This document shows positions 18,944 to 27,877 of a DNA stretch of 64,000 nucleotides, piece by piece. The stretch comes from an uncultured Jatrophihabitans sp. Its GTDB lineage: Bacteria; Actinomycetota; Actinomycetes; Mycobacteriales; Jatrophihabitantaceae. The stretch spans positions 29,945 to 93,944 of the forward strand of contig NZ_CAXULP010000006.1 of NCBI RefSeq assembly GCF_964251945.1, read 5' to 3'. The notes below the pieces were generated by a model, which made no database searches, was not told the DNA's origin, and was given only the letters and a program-made list of their open reading frames with translations. Both the position numbers and the translations under genes were made by a program. Every line of letters starts with the position of its first letter. The stretch's first letter is position 1.

Positions 18944-20587
18944 GTGCTCACTGCCGTAGTGGTGGTCGCCGTCCTGATTGCGGTCCACGTGCCGCTCGGC
19001 GACTACATCGCCCACGTCTACACCAGTGATCGACATTGGCGCGTCGAACGAGTGGTGTACCGCGTGGGCGGCATCGACCCCGAGTCCGAACAGCGCTGGC
19101 CGACATACCTCATGTCGGTCCTCGCGTTCAGCGCAGCCGGGATCCTCGGCCTCTACGCGCTGCTTCGCCTGCAGTCACACCTCCCCTTCGCAGAAGGCCA
19201 TCCGGGCGTGCCTGCGGCGCTGGCGTTCAACACAGCCGTCAGCTTCACGACCAACACCAGCTGGCAGGCCTACGCCGGCGAGTCCACCATGGGCCACCTG
19301 GCCCTCGCCGTCGGACTCGGCACGCAAGCCTTCCTCTCCGCCGCCGTCGCGATGGCCGCCGTCGTCGCGCTCATCCGCGGTCTGACCCGGCGCAACACCG
19401 ACCGGCTCGGCAACTTCTGGGTCGACGTCACTCGCAGCTGCACCCGAATCGTGCTGCCGCTGGCGCTCGTCGGCGGCGTGGTGCTGCTGATCCTCGGGGT
19501 GATCCAGAACTGGCACGGCCCGCTCACGATCACCACGCTCGCCGGCGCGCACCAGACGATACTCGGCGGCCCGGTCGCCTCGTGGGAACCGATCAAGCTG
19601 CTCACCGGAGACGGCGGCGGGGCGTTCAACGCCAACAGCGCGCACCCGTTCGAGAACCCCTCGCCGATCTCTAACGCGGTGGAGATCATCCTGATGCTGC
19701 TGATCCCCTCGGCGTTCCCGCGCGCGTACGGCCGGATGGTCAAGGACCGCCGCCAGGGTTGGGCCCTCGCGGCGGTGAGCCTGGCTCTGCTCGCGATGGC
19801 CATGGTGGCGGGAATCGCGTCGGACGCGGGACACCACGGGACTGTTCCCACCTCGGTCGGCGCCTCGGTCGAAGGCACCGAGACCCGCAACGGGGTGGAC
19901 TCCTCGGCGCTGTTCGGCGTCGCCGCGACGTCATCTGCCGATGGCGCGGCCGACGCCAGCTATGACTCGTTCAGCGCGCTGGCCGGCGGTGTCCTGCTCG
20001 GCAACATGATGCTCGCCGAAGTGAGCCCCGGCGGCGCCGGCAGCGGGCTCTACGGGCTGCTGGTCGCCGCAATCCTTGCGGTGTTCGTCGGCGGGTTGAT
20101 GGTCGGCCGAACGCCGGAGTTCCTCGGTAAACGCATCCGGCGACGAGAGATGACCTTTGTCGCCCTCTACTCGCTCGCGTTCCCCGCGACCTTGCTCATC
20201 GCAGCGGCGGTGGCGGTCGCCCTGCCGGCGGGACGCGCGACGCTGGGCAACAGCGGCGCTCACGGCCTGTCCGAAGCGCTGTACGCAGTGACGTCGACGA
20301 CGGCGAGCAACGGCAGCGCGTTCGCGGGGCTGAACGCGAACACCGACTTCTACAACATCCTGCTCGGCATCGTCATGCTGATCGGCCGCTACCTCCCGCT
20401 CGTGTTCATCCTCGCCCTTGCCGGGGCGTTCGCCCGGCAGCGCCGCACCGTCGCGGCCACGGCCGGAACACTGCGAACCGACACACCCATGTTCGTCGGG
20501 CTCGTCCTCGGCGTCGTCGTGCTCGTCACGCTGCTGTCGTTTCTGCCGGCGTTGGCTCTCGGCCCGCTGGCCGAAGCCCTGCATTGA
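18944..20587 (+). CDS. kdpA: KdpA-family K+ transport subunit A, stand-alone and divergent
   Basis: FNTAVSFTTNT.WQ, GNFWVD, NANSAHPFENP, GRTPEFLGK, NGSAFAG and PALALGPLAE motifs. Confidence 0.9.
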   Translation: MLTAVVVVAVLIAVHVPLGDYIAHVYTSDRHWRVERVVYRVGGIDPESEQRWPTYLMSVLAFSAAGILGLYALLRLQSHLPFAEGHPGVPAALAFNTAVSFTTNTSWQAYAGESTMGHLALAVGLGTQAFLSAAVAMAAVVALIRGLTRRNTDRLGNFWVDVTRSCTRIVLPLALVGGVVLLILGVIQNWHGPLTITTLAGAHQTILGGPVASWEPIKLLTGDGGGAFNANSAHPFENPSPISNAVEIILMLLIPSAFPRAYGRMVKDRRQGWALAAVSLALLAMAMVAGIASDAGHHGTVPTSVGASVEGTETRNGVDSSALFGVAATSSADGAADASYDSFSALAGGVLLGNMMLAEVSPGGAGSGLYGLLVAAILAVFVGGLMVGRTPEFLGKRIRRREMTFVALYSLAFPATLLIAAAVAVALPAGRATLGNSGAHGLSEALYAVTSTTASNGSAFAGLNANTDFYNILLGIVMLIGRYLPLVFILALAGAFARQRRTVAATAGTLRTDTPMFVGLVLGVVVLVTLLSFLPALALGPLAEALH

Positions 20588-20734
20588 GGCGCGCACCGAG
20601 ATCGGTTCGGTGATGCGAACGAGGCCGCGGGTATCGCGTTGGAGACTGTGTTACTTCCGTAGCACAGTCCTCGGCACAGTCCTCGGTACGGATGCTGCCG
20701 GTCGATGCGCGTAGTCGGCCACGTCGACGGCCGG

Positions 20735-21748
20735 TTAGCCGAGGAAGGCGTCGGTGTAGTCGAGGGGTTGTTGGGTCAGGCCGGTGCAGGTGTCGGGTTT
20801 GGTGTCGCCGGTCCCGCAGGCCTGGTCTCGGTTGAGGTCCCAGAACGCGAGTCGGCGGACCTTGTTGGTGTGGGCGAAGGCGACGATGGTCCCCGCGTTG
20901 GCGTACGTGAAGGTCTCGCCGGCCGAGTCGTTGGCGCCGATCATCGGGGTTATCCCGATGTTGTTGTAGGTGTCGGCGGGCCAGATGGTCTTGATCTGGG
21001 CCAGGGCGTCCTTCGCCGCGGTGGTCGCGGCGGTAGCCATGTTGGCGACGCGGCTGCCGTAGTTCATGGTCATCAGGTTCACGACGTCGATGCGCGCGCC
21101 TTGGCTCTTGGCCAACTTGAGAAAGGCGAGCGCGTTGCCGTAGGTCGCGTTGGCGTTGATGCCGGACAGGCCGACCGGGATGGTGACTGACACCTCGAGC
21201 TTCGGGAAGTTCTTCTCGAGCGTCTTGATCGCTTGATAGCGCCGCGTGTTGGTGGTGGTGTCGTTGAGCGGGCCGACGCCCTCGATGTCGAAGTCGATCT
21301 TGCTCACGCCGAACTTGTTGATCACACCGGTGTAGGCGGTGACCAAACTGGTCGCGCTGGTGCACACTTTCGCCAACTCGTTGCCCGACTGTCCCCCGAA
21401 GGACAGGATCGGGGTAGCCCCAGCCGTCTTCGCCTTCTTCACCAGCGCACTACGCGCGTCGGTGCTGGTGATCGTGGAGTAGTCATCCCAGGTCGGGGTG
21501 CAGCCCTTGCCGAGCACAAAGGCGGCGGTGAACGACTTCAGCCCGTGCTTGGTGACCGCGGTGTTCAGATTCGCGCTATGCGGCCCGGTCGTCTCGAAAT
21601 ACGGCGCAATCTCCAGGGCCGAGGTCGCCGCACTCGCTGACGGCGCGGCCAGCATCGGCGCAACCGCGCACGTCACAGCCGTACCGATGATCGCCGCAAT
21701 TCGCCCCCGCACGAACAGCCTCAAGACATCTCCCCCGTAAACACCCAA
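20735..21748 (-). CDS. Secreted GH18 chitinase-like glycoside hydrolase
   Basis: Signal peptide ending in ASA; SFGG, DFDIE catalytic motif, NLMTMNYG, TPMIG.ND. Confidence 0.85.
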   Translation of the reverse strand: MGVYGGDVLRLFVRGRIAAIIGTAVTCAVAPMLAAPSASAATSALEIAPYFETTGPHSANLNTAVTKHGLKSFTAAFVLGKGCTPTWDDYSTITSTDARSALVKKAKTAGATPILSFGGQSGNELAKVCTSATSLVTAYTGVINKFGVSKIDFDIEGVGPLNDTTTNTRRYQAIKTLEKNFPKLEVSVTIPVGLSGINANATYGNALAFLKLAKSQGARIDVVNLMTMNYGSRVANMATAATTAAKDALAQIKTIWPADTYNNIGITPMIGANDSAGETFTYANAGTIVAFAHTNKVRRLAFWDLNRDQACGTGDTKPDTCTGLTQQPLDYTDAFLG

Positions 21749-21983
21749 TAAGGGCGAATCGGACGGATCAATCTGCCCAATTCACCCTGCCGCGCTTCCG
21801 CCGCCGTCCAGACGATATGGACCGACCCGGCGGTGCGTCAACTTGCCGCGATCTACGCATTGCTCATCGCCATGGCTTCGATGGCGCGGCTGAGTATTTG
21901 CAGCGGCAGGCGTGGGCGAGGTGGACGAGGGCCTCGGTTATCGACCTCCCAACCTCATCAACTCAGATACGCACCCGCAGTGG

Positions 21984-22004
21984 AATTGACAACCGATGTC
22001 ATTA
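21984..22004. promoter_or_regulatory. Zur-type operator
   Basis: AATTGACAACCGATGTCATTA, a 21-bp imperfect palindrome of the TAATGAnAAnnnTTnTCATTA type, upstream of a metal ABC operon. Confidence 0.75.
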
Positions 22005-22060
22005 CGGAGTTGGCTGTCTCAGTCGGCCGATCGTCCGACCCACTGCGCGAAGGAGCTGTC

Positions 22061-22978
22061 GTGAATCGTGCCTGGACGGCGTCGGTTGCTGTTGTTGTGC
22101 TCGCCGCGACAGCAGGGTGCAGCACAACATCGGGCGGCTCGGCCGGCGGTGAATCGAGCAAAATCGTGCAGGTGGGGGCGAGCATCAACGCTTGGGGCAG
22201 CATCCTGAAACAGCTTGGCGGCGCCCATGTTCAGGAGACGTCGATCATCACGAATCCGGACACCGACCCGCACGACTACGAGCCCACGCCGAAAGACGGC
22301 ACGGTGATCGCCAAGACCCAGTTGTTCATCGAGAACGGCATCGGCTACGACTCCTGGGCGGCCAAGTCCCTGGCGGCCAGCCCGGATCCGAGCCGCGCGG
22401 TGATCGATGTCGGCGAGCTGGTCCACGTCCCAGACGGTGGGAACCCGCACCGCTGGTACTCCCCCGCCGATGTGACCACCGTCGCCGACACGATCACCGC
22501 TGATCTGAAGAAGCTGGACCCAGCCGACTCGTCCTACTTCGACGCGCGGCGGCAAGAGTTCGCGACCGTCGGCCTGGCGACCTACAACAAGCTGATCAAG
22601 GACATCCAGACGAAGTATGCTGGGACGCCGATCGGTGCGAGCGAGTCGATCTTCGCTCCGCTCGCGGCGGCGCTCAAGCTGGAGCTGATCACTCCGCCCT
22701 CGTTCCTGAAGGCGATCAGTGAGGGCACCGATCCGTCGGCGGCGGATCTGTCGACGATCAACTCGCAGATCAGCGGGAAGAGGATCAAGGTCTATGTGTT
22801 CAACAGCCAGAACGCCACCCCCGACGTGGCGCGCCAGGTGAAGGCGGCCAAGGCCGCCGGCATCCCGGTGTCGACGGTGACCGAGACGCTGTCCCCCGCC
22901 ACAGCCAGTTTCGAGCAGTGGCAGGCCACGCAGCTGCAGGCTCTGGAGACAGCGTTGCACCAGGCGACCGGCAAGTGA
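22061..22978 (+). CDS. Zn/Mn ABC transporter substrate-binding lipoprotein
   Basis: AAGGAG RBS; TAGC lipobox; DPHDYEP, NPHRWY and TETL motifs. Confidence 0.92.
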   Translation: MNRAWTASVAVVVLAATAGCSTTSGGSAGGESSKIVQVGASINAWGSILKQLGGAHVQETSIITNPDTDPHDYEPTPKDGTVIAKTQLFIENGIGYDSWAAKSLAASPDPSRAVIDVGELVHVPDGGNPHRWYSPADVTTVADTITADLKKLDPADSSYFDARRQEFATVGLATYNKLIKDIQTKYAGTPIGASESIFAPLAAALKLELITPPSFLKAISEGTDPSAADLSTINSQISGKRIKVYVFNSQNATPDVARQVKAAKAAGIPVSTVTETLSPATASFEQWQATQLQALETALHQATGK

Positions 22979-23937
22979 GTCCACGTTCTTTCCCTCACCA
23001 GGGCGCTGTCACTAACGGCGCCAGCGGCACCAGCGGCACCAGCGTCACCAACGGCGCCGACGGCCCGGCGACCAGGCGGCCCGACGAGTCGACGGCTCGG
23101 CGCCCGGGGCAGCCGGTCATCGAGCTCAGCCACGCCGCGGCAGCCGTCGGCGGACGCCGAATCTGGTCCGACGTCAACCTGACCGTCGCGGCTGGGGAGT
23201 TCGTGGCCGTGCTCGGCCCGAACGGGGTTGGCAAGTCGACGCTGCTGAAGATGGTCCTCGGCCTGATCCCGGTCGCCGCGGGAACCGTCTCGGTGCTCGG
23301 CGCCCGCCCAGGGCAACGGAACAAGCGGATCGGATACCTGCCCCAGCGCCGCGCGTTCGATCCGGCCACCCGGGTGCGCGGCGTCGACATCGTGCGCCTC
23401 GGGCTGGACGGCGACCGGTGGGGCGTCCCGGTGCCGGGCTGGGTGCCGGGATCGCGCGGCACGCAGATCGCGCGGCGCGTCGACGAGGTCATCGACCTGG
23501 TCGGCGCCTCCAGCTACGCCCGCAGACCGATCGGACAGTGCTCCGGCGGCGAGCAGCAACGGCTGCTCATCGCCCAGGCGCTTGCCCGCCGGCCCGAGCT
23601 GCTGATCCTCGACGAACCACTCGACAGCCTCGACGTCACCAACCAGGCTTCGGTCAGCGCGCTGATCCGCGAAGTCAGCCAGAGCCAAGAGGTCGCAGTC
23701 CTGCTCGTGGCCCACGACGTGAACCCGATCCTGTCCTACCTCGACCAGGTCATCTACCTCGCCCACGGCGGCGCGGTGATGGGGCCGCCGGCGCAGGTCA
23801 TCACCGCCGACACCTTGACCATGCTCTACAGCACCCCGATCGACGTGCTGACCGACCGGACCGGACGCCTGGTCGTCGTCGGGCAGCCGGACAGCCCGCC
23901 TCAGCACCACGTGCCCGGACCGACCCGACGGCGATGA
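22975..23937 (+). CDS. Metal ABC transporter ATP-binding protein
   Basis: Walker A GPNGVGKST, signature CSGGEQQR, LILDEP, AHD. Confidence 0.92.
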   Translation: MSPRSFPHQGAVTNGASGTSGTSVTNGADGPATRRPDESTARRPGQPVIELSHAAAAVGGRRIWSDVNLTVAAGEFVAVLGPNGVGKSTLLKMVLGLIPVAAGTVSVLGARPGQRNKRIGYLPQRRAFDPATRVRGVDIVRLGLDGDRWGVPVPGWVPGSRGTQIARRVDEVIDLVGASSYARRPIGQCSGGEQQRLLIAQALARRPELLILDEPLDSLDVTNQASVSALIREVSQSQEVAVLLVAHDVNPILSYLDQVIYLAHGGAVMGPPAQVITADTLTMLYSTPIDVLTDRTGRLVVVGQPDSPPQHHVPGPTRRR

Positions 23938-23971
23938 CGCACCGGGCGACAGACGCTCCGGGACGGACGCG

Positions 23972-24889
23972 GTGAACGGCGGGCTGAGCTGGAACGTCAT
24001 CGACGACGCCCAGCGGATGCTGGCCTTCCATTTCATGCTCAACGCGCTACGCGCGGGCACGATCGTCGCGGTGGTCGCCGGCGCGATCGGCTACTTCATG
24101 GTGTTGCGCCGGCAAAGCTTCGTCGGCCACACCCTGGCCGTCGTCGGATTCCCCGGCGCGGCCGGCGCGACCTACCTCGGCCTGGCGACCCCGCTGGGGT
24201 ATTTCGGATTCTGCGTCGCCGCCGCGCTCGTCATCGCCGCGCTGCCCGGCGCCGGCCGCGCCAACTCCGGCCTGGGCGGCTACGGCGAGGAGTCCGCCGT
24301 CATCGGCACCGTGCAAGGCTTCGCGCTTGCCTGCGGCTTCCTGTTCGTCAGCCTCTACAAGGGCTTCCTCACCGGGCTGAACAGCCTGCTGTTCGGCTCC
24401 ATCATCGGCGTCACCGACGACCAGGTCGTCACCTTGCTGATCGCCGGCGGCCTGTGCCTCGTCGTGCTGGCGATCATCGGCCGGCCGCTGCTGTTCGGCA
24501 GCGTCGACCCTGCCGTCGCCCGAGCCCGCGGCGTCCCGGTCCGCCTGCTCAACGCGCTGTTCCTCGTCGTGCTGGGTGTCGCGGCGGCCGGCGCCAGCCA
24601 GGTCACCGGCAGCCTGCTCGTCTTCGCGCTGCTGGTCGCGCCCGCGGCCACCGCGAGCCGGCTCACCGCCCGCCCCGGCCTCGGACTCGCGCTGTCGATC
24701 GTCATCGCCGTCGTCGTGGTCTGGGTCGGTGAAGCAGTCGCGTTCTTCTCCCCGTACCCGATCGGGTTCTGGGTCACCACCTTCGCGTTCGGGCTGTTCC
24801 TGCTCGCCACGGCCTACCGGGCCGCCGTCGACGCCGTCGGCCGCCGACGGATCCGGACGAGCCCCGAACGAACGGCGGCGACGGCATGA
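23972..24889 (+). CDS. Metal ABC transporter permease
   Basis: ABC-3 family TM pattern; LLFGSIIG and PAATA motifs. Confidence 0.9.
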   Translation: MNGGLSWNVIDDAQRMLAFHFMLNALRAGTIVAVVAGAIGYFMVLRRQSFVGHTLAVVGFPGAAGATYLGLATPLGYFGFCVAAALVIAALPGAGRANSGLGGYGEESAVIGTVQGFALACGFLFVSLYKGFLTGLNSLLFGSIIGVTDDQVVTLLIAGGLCLVVLAIIGRPLLFGSVDPAVARARGVPVRLLNALFLVVLGVAAAGASQVTGSLLVFALLVAPAATASRLTARPGLGLALSIVIAVVVVWVGEAVAFFSPYPIGFWVTTFAFGLFLLATAYRAAVDAVGRRRIRTSPERTAATA

Positions 24890-25797
24890 CCCCCGCGGCT
24901 CTGCTCAACGGGTTGACGAACATGCTCTCGAGCGGGTTCATCGAGCATGCCCTGCTCGCCGGGACGTCGATCGCGCTGCTGTCCGGCCTGGTCGGCTACT
25001 TCGTGGTGCTGCGCGGCCAGGTGTTCGCCACCGACGCGCTGTCGCATGTCGCCTACGCCGGGGCGCTGGCCGCGCTCGCGGCTGGCGTCGATCTGCGATT
25101 CGGGCTGTTCGCCTCCTGCATCGCGGTCGGCCTCGTCCTGGGGCTGCTGGGCGGTCGGGGCGCGGCGGACGACGTCGTCATCGGCACCACCTTCGCCTGG
25201 ATCCTCGGGCTCGGCGTGTTCTTCCTGGCCTACTACTCCACCCATTCCGCGACCGGGAACGGCGCCGCGAACGTCAACGTCCTGTTCGGTTCGATCTTCG
25301 GCATCAGCGCCGACGACGCGCGCGCCGCGACCTGGATCGCGCTGGCCACGATCGCCGTCCTGCTGCTCATTGCCCGCCCGCTGCTGTTCGCCAGCCTGGA
25401 CCCGGCGGTCGCCCGGGCCCGCGGTGTCCCAGTGCGCCTGCTGGGCCCGCTGTTTCTCGCCGTCGTCGGCGTCACCGCCGCCGAGGCCAGCCAGGCGATC
25501 GGGGCGCTGCTGTTGTTCGGGCTCGTCGCCGCCCCACCGGCCGCCGCTCAGCTGCTCACCGACCGACCGTGGCGGGGCTTCGTGGTCTCCGGACTGCTGT
25601 CGGTCACGGCGATGTGGATCGGCATCGTGGTCGCCTACGCCGCCCCGAAGCTGCCGGTCAGCTTCGACATCATGAGCGCCGCCACCCTCATCTACCTGAT
25701 CGCGGCCGTGATCGCCCGGTTGCGCCGACATCGCTCACGTCAGTCCGCGGCGCCGGCGCCTGGGTCCGAGGCGCCGCAGGCTCGAGCCGCTTCGTGA
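24886..25797 (+). CDS. Metal ABC transporter permease (second)
   Basis: DALSH and LFGSIFGI motifs; ATGA overlap. Confidence 0.9.
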   Translation: MTPAALLNGLTNMLSSGFIEHALLAGTSIALLSGLVGYFVVLRGQVFATDALSHVAYAGALAALAAGVDLRFGLFASCIAVGLVLGLLGGRGAADDVVIGTTFAWILGLGVFFLAYYSTHSATGNGAANVNVLFGSIFGISADDARAATWIALATIAVLLLIARPLLFASLDPAVARARGVPVRLLGPLFLAVVGVTAAEASQAIGALLLFGLVAAPPAAAQLLTDRPWRGFVVSGLLSVTAMWIGIVVAYAAPKLPVSFDIMSAATLIYLIAAVIARLRRHRSRQSAAPAPGSEAPQARAAS

Positions 25798-25827
25798 GCT
25801 GCAGGCCCAGCGCTGCGCGGCCTTCCG

Positions 25828-26604
25828 CTAGCTCTCGACGGTGACCACGGTGTCGCCGACGCCGACCCACCGGTAGAGCCACGCCATGGTCGCTGTCGGC
25901 ACGTGGACGCAGCCATGCGAACCCTCGGTCGGCCAGTTCTTCGACCCGAAGGGCATGGTCTGCCAGGGCGCGTCGTGCAGGCCGAAGTCGCCGTTGAACG
26001 GCACCCAATAGTGGACGTAATCCTTGTAGTCCCGGCCGATGAGGTAGCGGTCGCGCTGTTTGGCCTGCACGCGCCACGAGCCGAGCGGGGTCTGGTCGTC
26101 GTCGACGGTCGCGCCCGTGGTGACGGCCGTTTCGTCGACCTGTCTGCCGCCCTCACATGCCCACAGGTGCTGCTTGCTGATGCTGACCAGGACGAGGTGC
26201 TGGTAGGTGTTCGTCGCGCACGAGGTGGTGTCGTCGCCGAGGTGGACGACCACCGGCGCGGGGGTGGACCCTGCGCCGAAGCCGGCGTCTCGGCCGGTCA
26301 GACCCTCGATCCGAACGCTGGCATCGGCGTGGCTGGGCGCGACGACCGTCGAAGCGCTGGAGCCACCCGTCGGCTGGGTCGCCTGGGTCGGGCGGGTCGC
26401 TGCGCCGCGATGAGCCGAGGCGGCAGAGACTGGCGCCGCAGTGGGGGTGTCGTGCACGAGGGCGAGCACAGTGATCGCGCTCAGAATCGGCAGCGCGTAG
26501 GCCCGCCAGCCGTAACGCCGGACGAATCGCGCCCACCGGCCGCCGCGTCGGCGTTCGACGGGGCGGCGATTCGCGCTCATCTTGGCGTCCGGAAATACAG
26601 GCAT
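25828..26604 (-). CDS. L,D-transpeptidase (YkuD domain), membrane-anchored
   Basis: TPLG, GLHDAPW and GSHGCVHV catalytic motif. Confidence 0.88.
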   Translation of the reverse strand: MPVFPDAKMSANRRPVERRRGGRWARFVRRYGWRAYALPILSAITVLALVHDTPTAAPVSAASAHRGAATRPTQATQPTGGSSASTVVAPSHADASVRIEGLTGRDAGFGAGSTPAPVVVHLGDDTTSCATNTYQHLVLVSISKQHLWACEGGRQVDETAVTTGATVDDDQTPLGSWRVQAKQRDRYLIGRDYKDYVHYWVPFNGDFGLHDAPWQTMPFGSKNWPTEGSHGCVHVPTATMAWLYRWVGVGDTVVTVES

Positions 26605-26679
26605 TGCTTCCCAGCCTGACACAATCTGGCGTCCTGCCCGAATCGCCACGCCTGGCTGTGCTGCGACGCCAACGGCGAG

Positions 26680-27222
26680 CTATCGGCGGGCTTTGCCCGT
26701 CGTGCTCCGGGGCGGCGCGCTCCGGGGCGGGTTGGGCGAGTGTTGCGGGCAGAGGCCGAACAGCTCGACGGTGTGCGTGATGTCGGTGAACCCTGCGGCG
26801 GCGGCGACCCGGTCGGCCCACGCCTCGACTTCTGGGCCGGACACTTCGACGCTGCGACCGCAGAGGCGGCAGACGATGTGGTGGTGATGCCCGTCAGGAT
26901 TCGACGTGTCGCGGGGGCCGCACAGGCGGTACTGCGCTTCCCCTTCGGCGGTGTGCACGACGTCGGCGCGATCGGTGTCGGCGAGCAACGCGAGATGGCG
27001 ATAAACGGTTGTCAGGCCGATGCGCTCGCCGCCGGCGCGGATGTCGGTGAACAGGTCGTGGGCTGTGCGGAATCCGTCGGCGCCGGCCAAGGCGGTTTCG
27101 ATCGCCTGAGCCTGTCTGGTGTTGCGTTGCCGGCCGGCTGCGTGGCTCTGCGCGGGCGCGGCGGCCGGCTCGGTCCGCACGGCGGCGTCAGCATGTGCTC
27201 GCGTGGCCTTCACGGAATCCAT
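26680..27222 (-). CDS. Fur family regulator, Zur-like
   Basis: IGLTTVYRHL, HHHHIVCRLCG and HTVELFGLC motifs. Confidence 0.9.
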   Translation of the reverse strand: MDSVKATRAHADAAVRTEPAAAPAQSHAAGRQRNTRQAQAIETALAGADGFRTAHDLFTDIRAGGERIGLTTVYRHLALLADTDRADVVHTAEGEAQYRLCGPRDTSNPDGHHHHIVCRLCGRSVEVSGPEVEAWADRVAAAAGFTDITHTVELFGLCPQHSPNPPRSAPPRSTTGKARR

Positions 27223-27367
27223 GCTGGCTACCTCCGCTCGTGCTCGACATGCCCAACCGCCACACTCGACCTCAGCCTAGACAAGCGTGTCTCGCACAGC
27301 GGTCGACCACGCAATCGACCGGGCACCAGAAGTGTCGATCCGCCCCGGGCCCCAACAGCAGCTCGGT

Positions 27368-27877
27368 TTACGAGGTCGGCGCTGAATCCTGGAAGACGCC
27401 GAGGTCGTCGCGCTTGGCGGCTCGATCGATGGGGAGGACGAGGCCGCTCATGGCGACGTAGACGCCTTCCGGGAGGAGCTGGACGGCGGCGACGGCGAGA
27501 CCGAGGTTGGCGGCGGCGTCGCTGTCGCGCATGCGCGCCGGTTGCATCGCGCCGGTCAGCACGATCGTCTTTCCAGGGAGGCCGCGAAGCGCCAGACCGG
27601 TCCTCACCATGGTGTCCGTGCCGTGGGTCACGATGATCTTCGTATTGCCGCTTCTGGCGACACCGGCACGGATCGCTGCTCGATCCTCGTCGCTCAGTTC
27701 CAGGCTGTCCTTTCGGCAGACCGCCTCAAACGACACCTCGATGTTCGTGCGGGCGGTCGCGATGAGGGACGGCGCCATCGCGTCACCCACAACGAGTTCG
27801 CCGCGGATCGAATACTCCTTGTCGATGGTGCCGCCCGTCGTGATGATGTGGATGGACGCCGTCCCCGCCACGGTCAT
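27368..27877 (-). CDS. Short asparaginase-domain protein
   Basis: TGGTIDK, THGTDTM and TGAMQP motifs; N-terminal domain only. Confidence 0.88.
   Translation of the reverse strand: MTVAGTASIHIITTGGTIDKEYSIRGELVVGDAMAPSLIATARTNIEVSFEAVCRKDSLELSDEDRAAIRAGVARSGNTKIIVTHGTDTMVRTGLALRGLPGKTIVLTGAMQPARMRDSDAAANLGLAVAAVQLLPEGVYVAMSGLVLPIDRAAKRDDLGVFQDSAPTS

Noticed and set aside
20643-20696. GCACAGTCCTCG direct repeat x2 with a GACTGTG/CACAGTC inverted pair between kdpA and the chitinase gene
   Set aside because: A short local duplication in a probable terminator region. It does not share the 0/20/39/59 geometry, and no other copies were seen.
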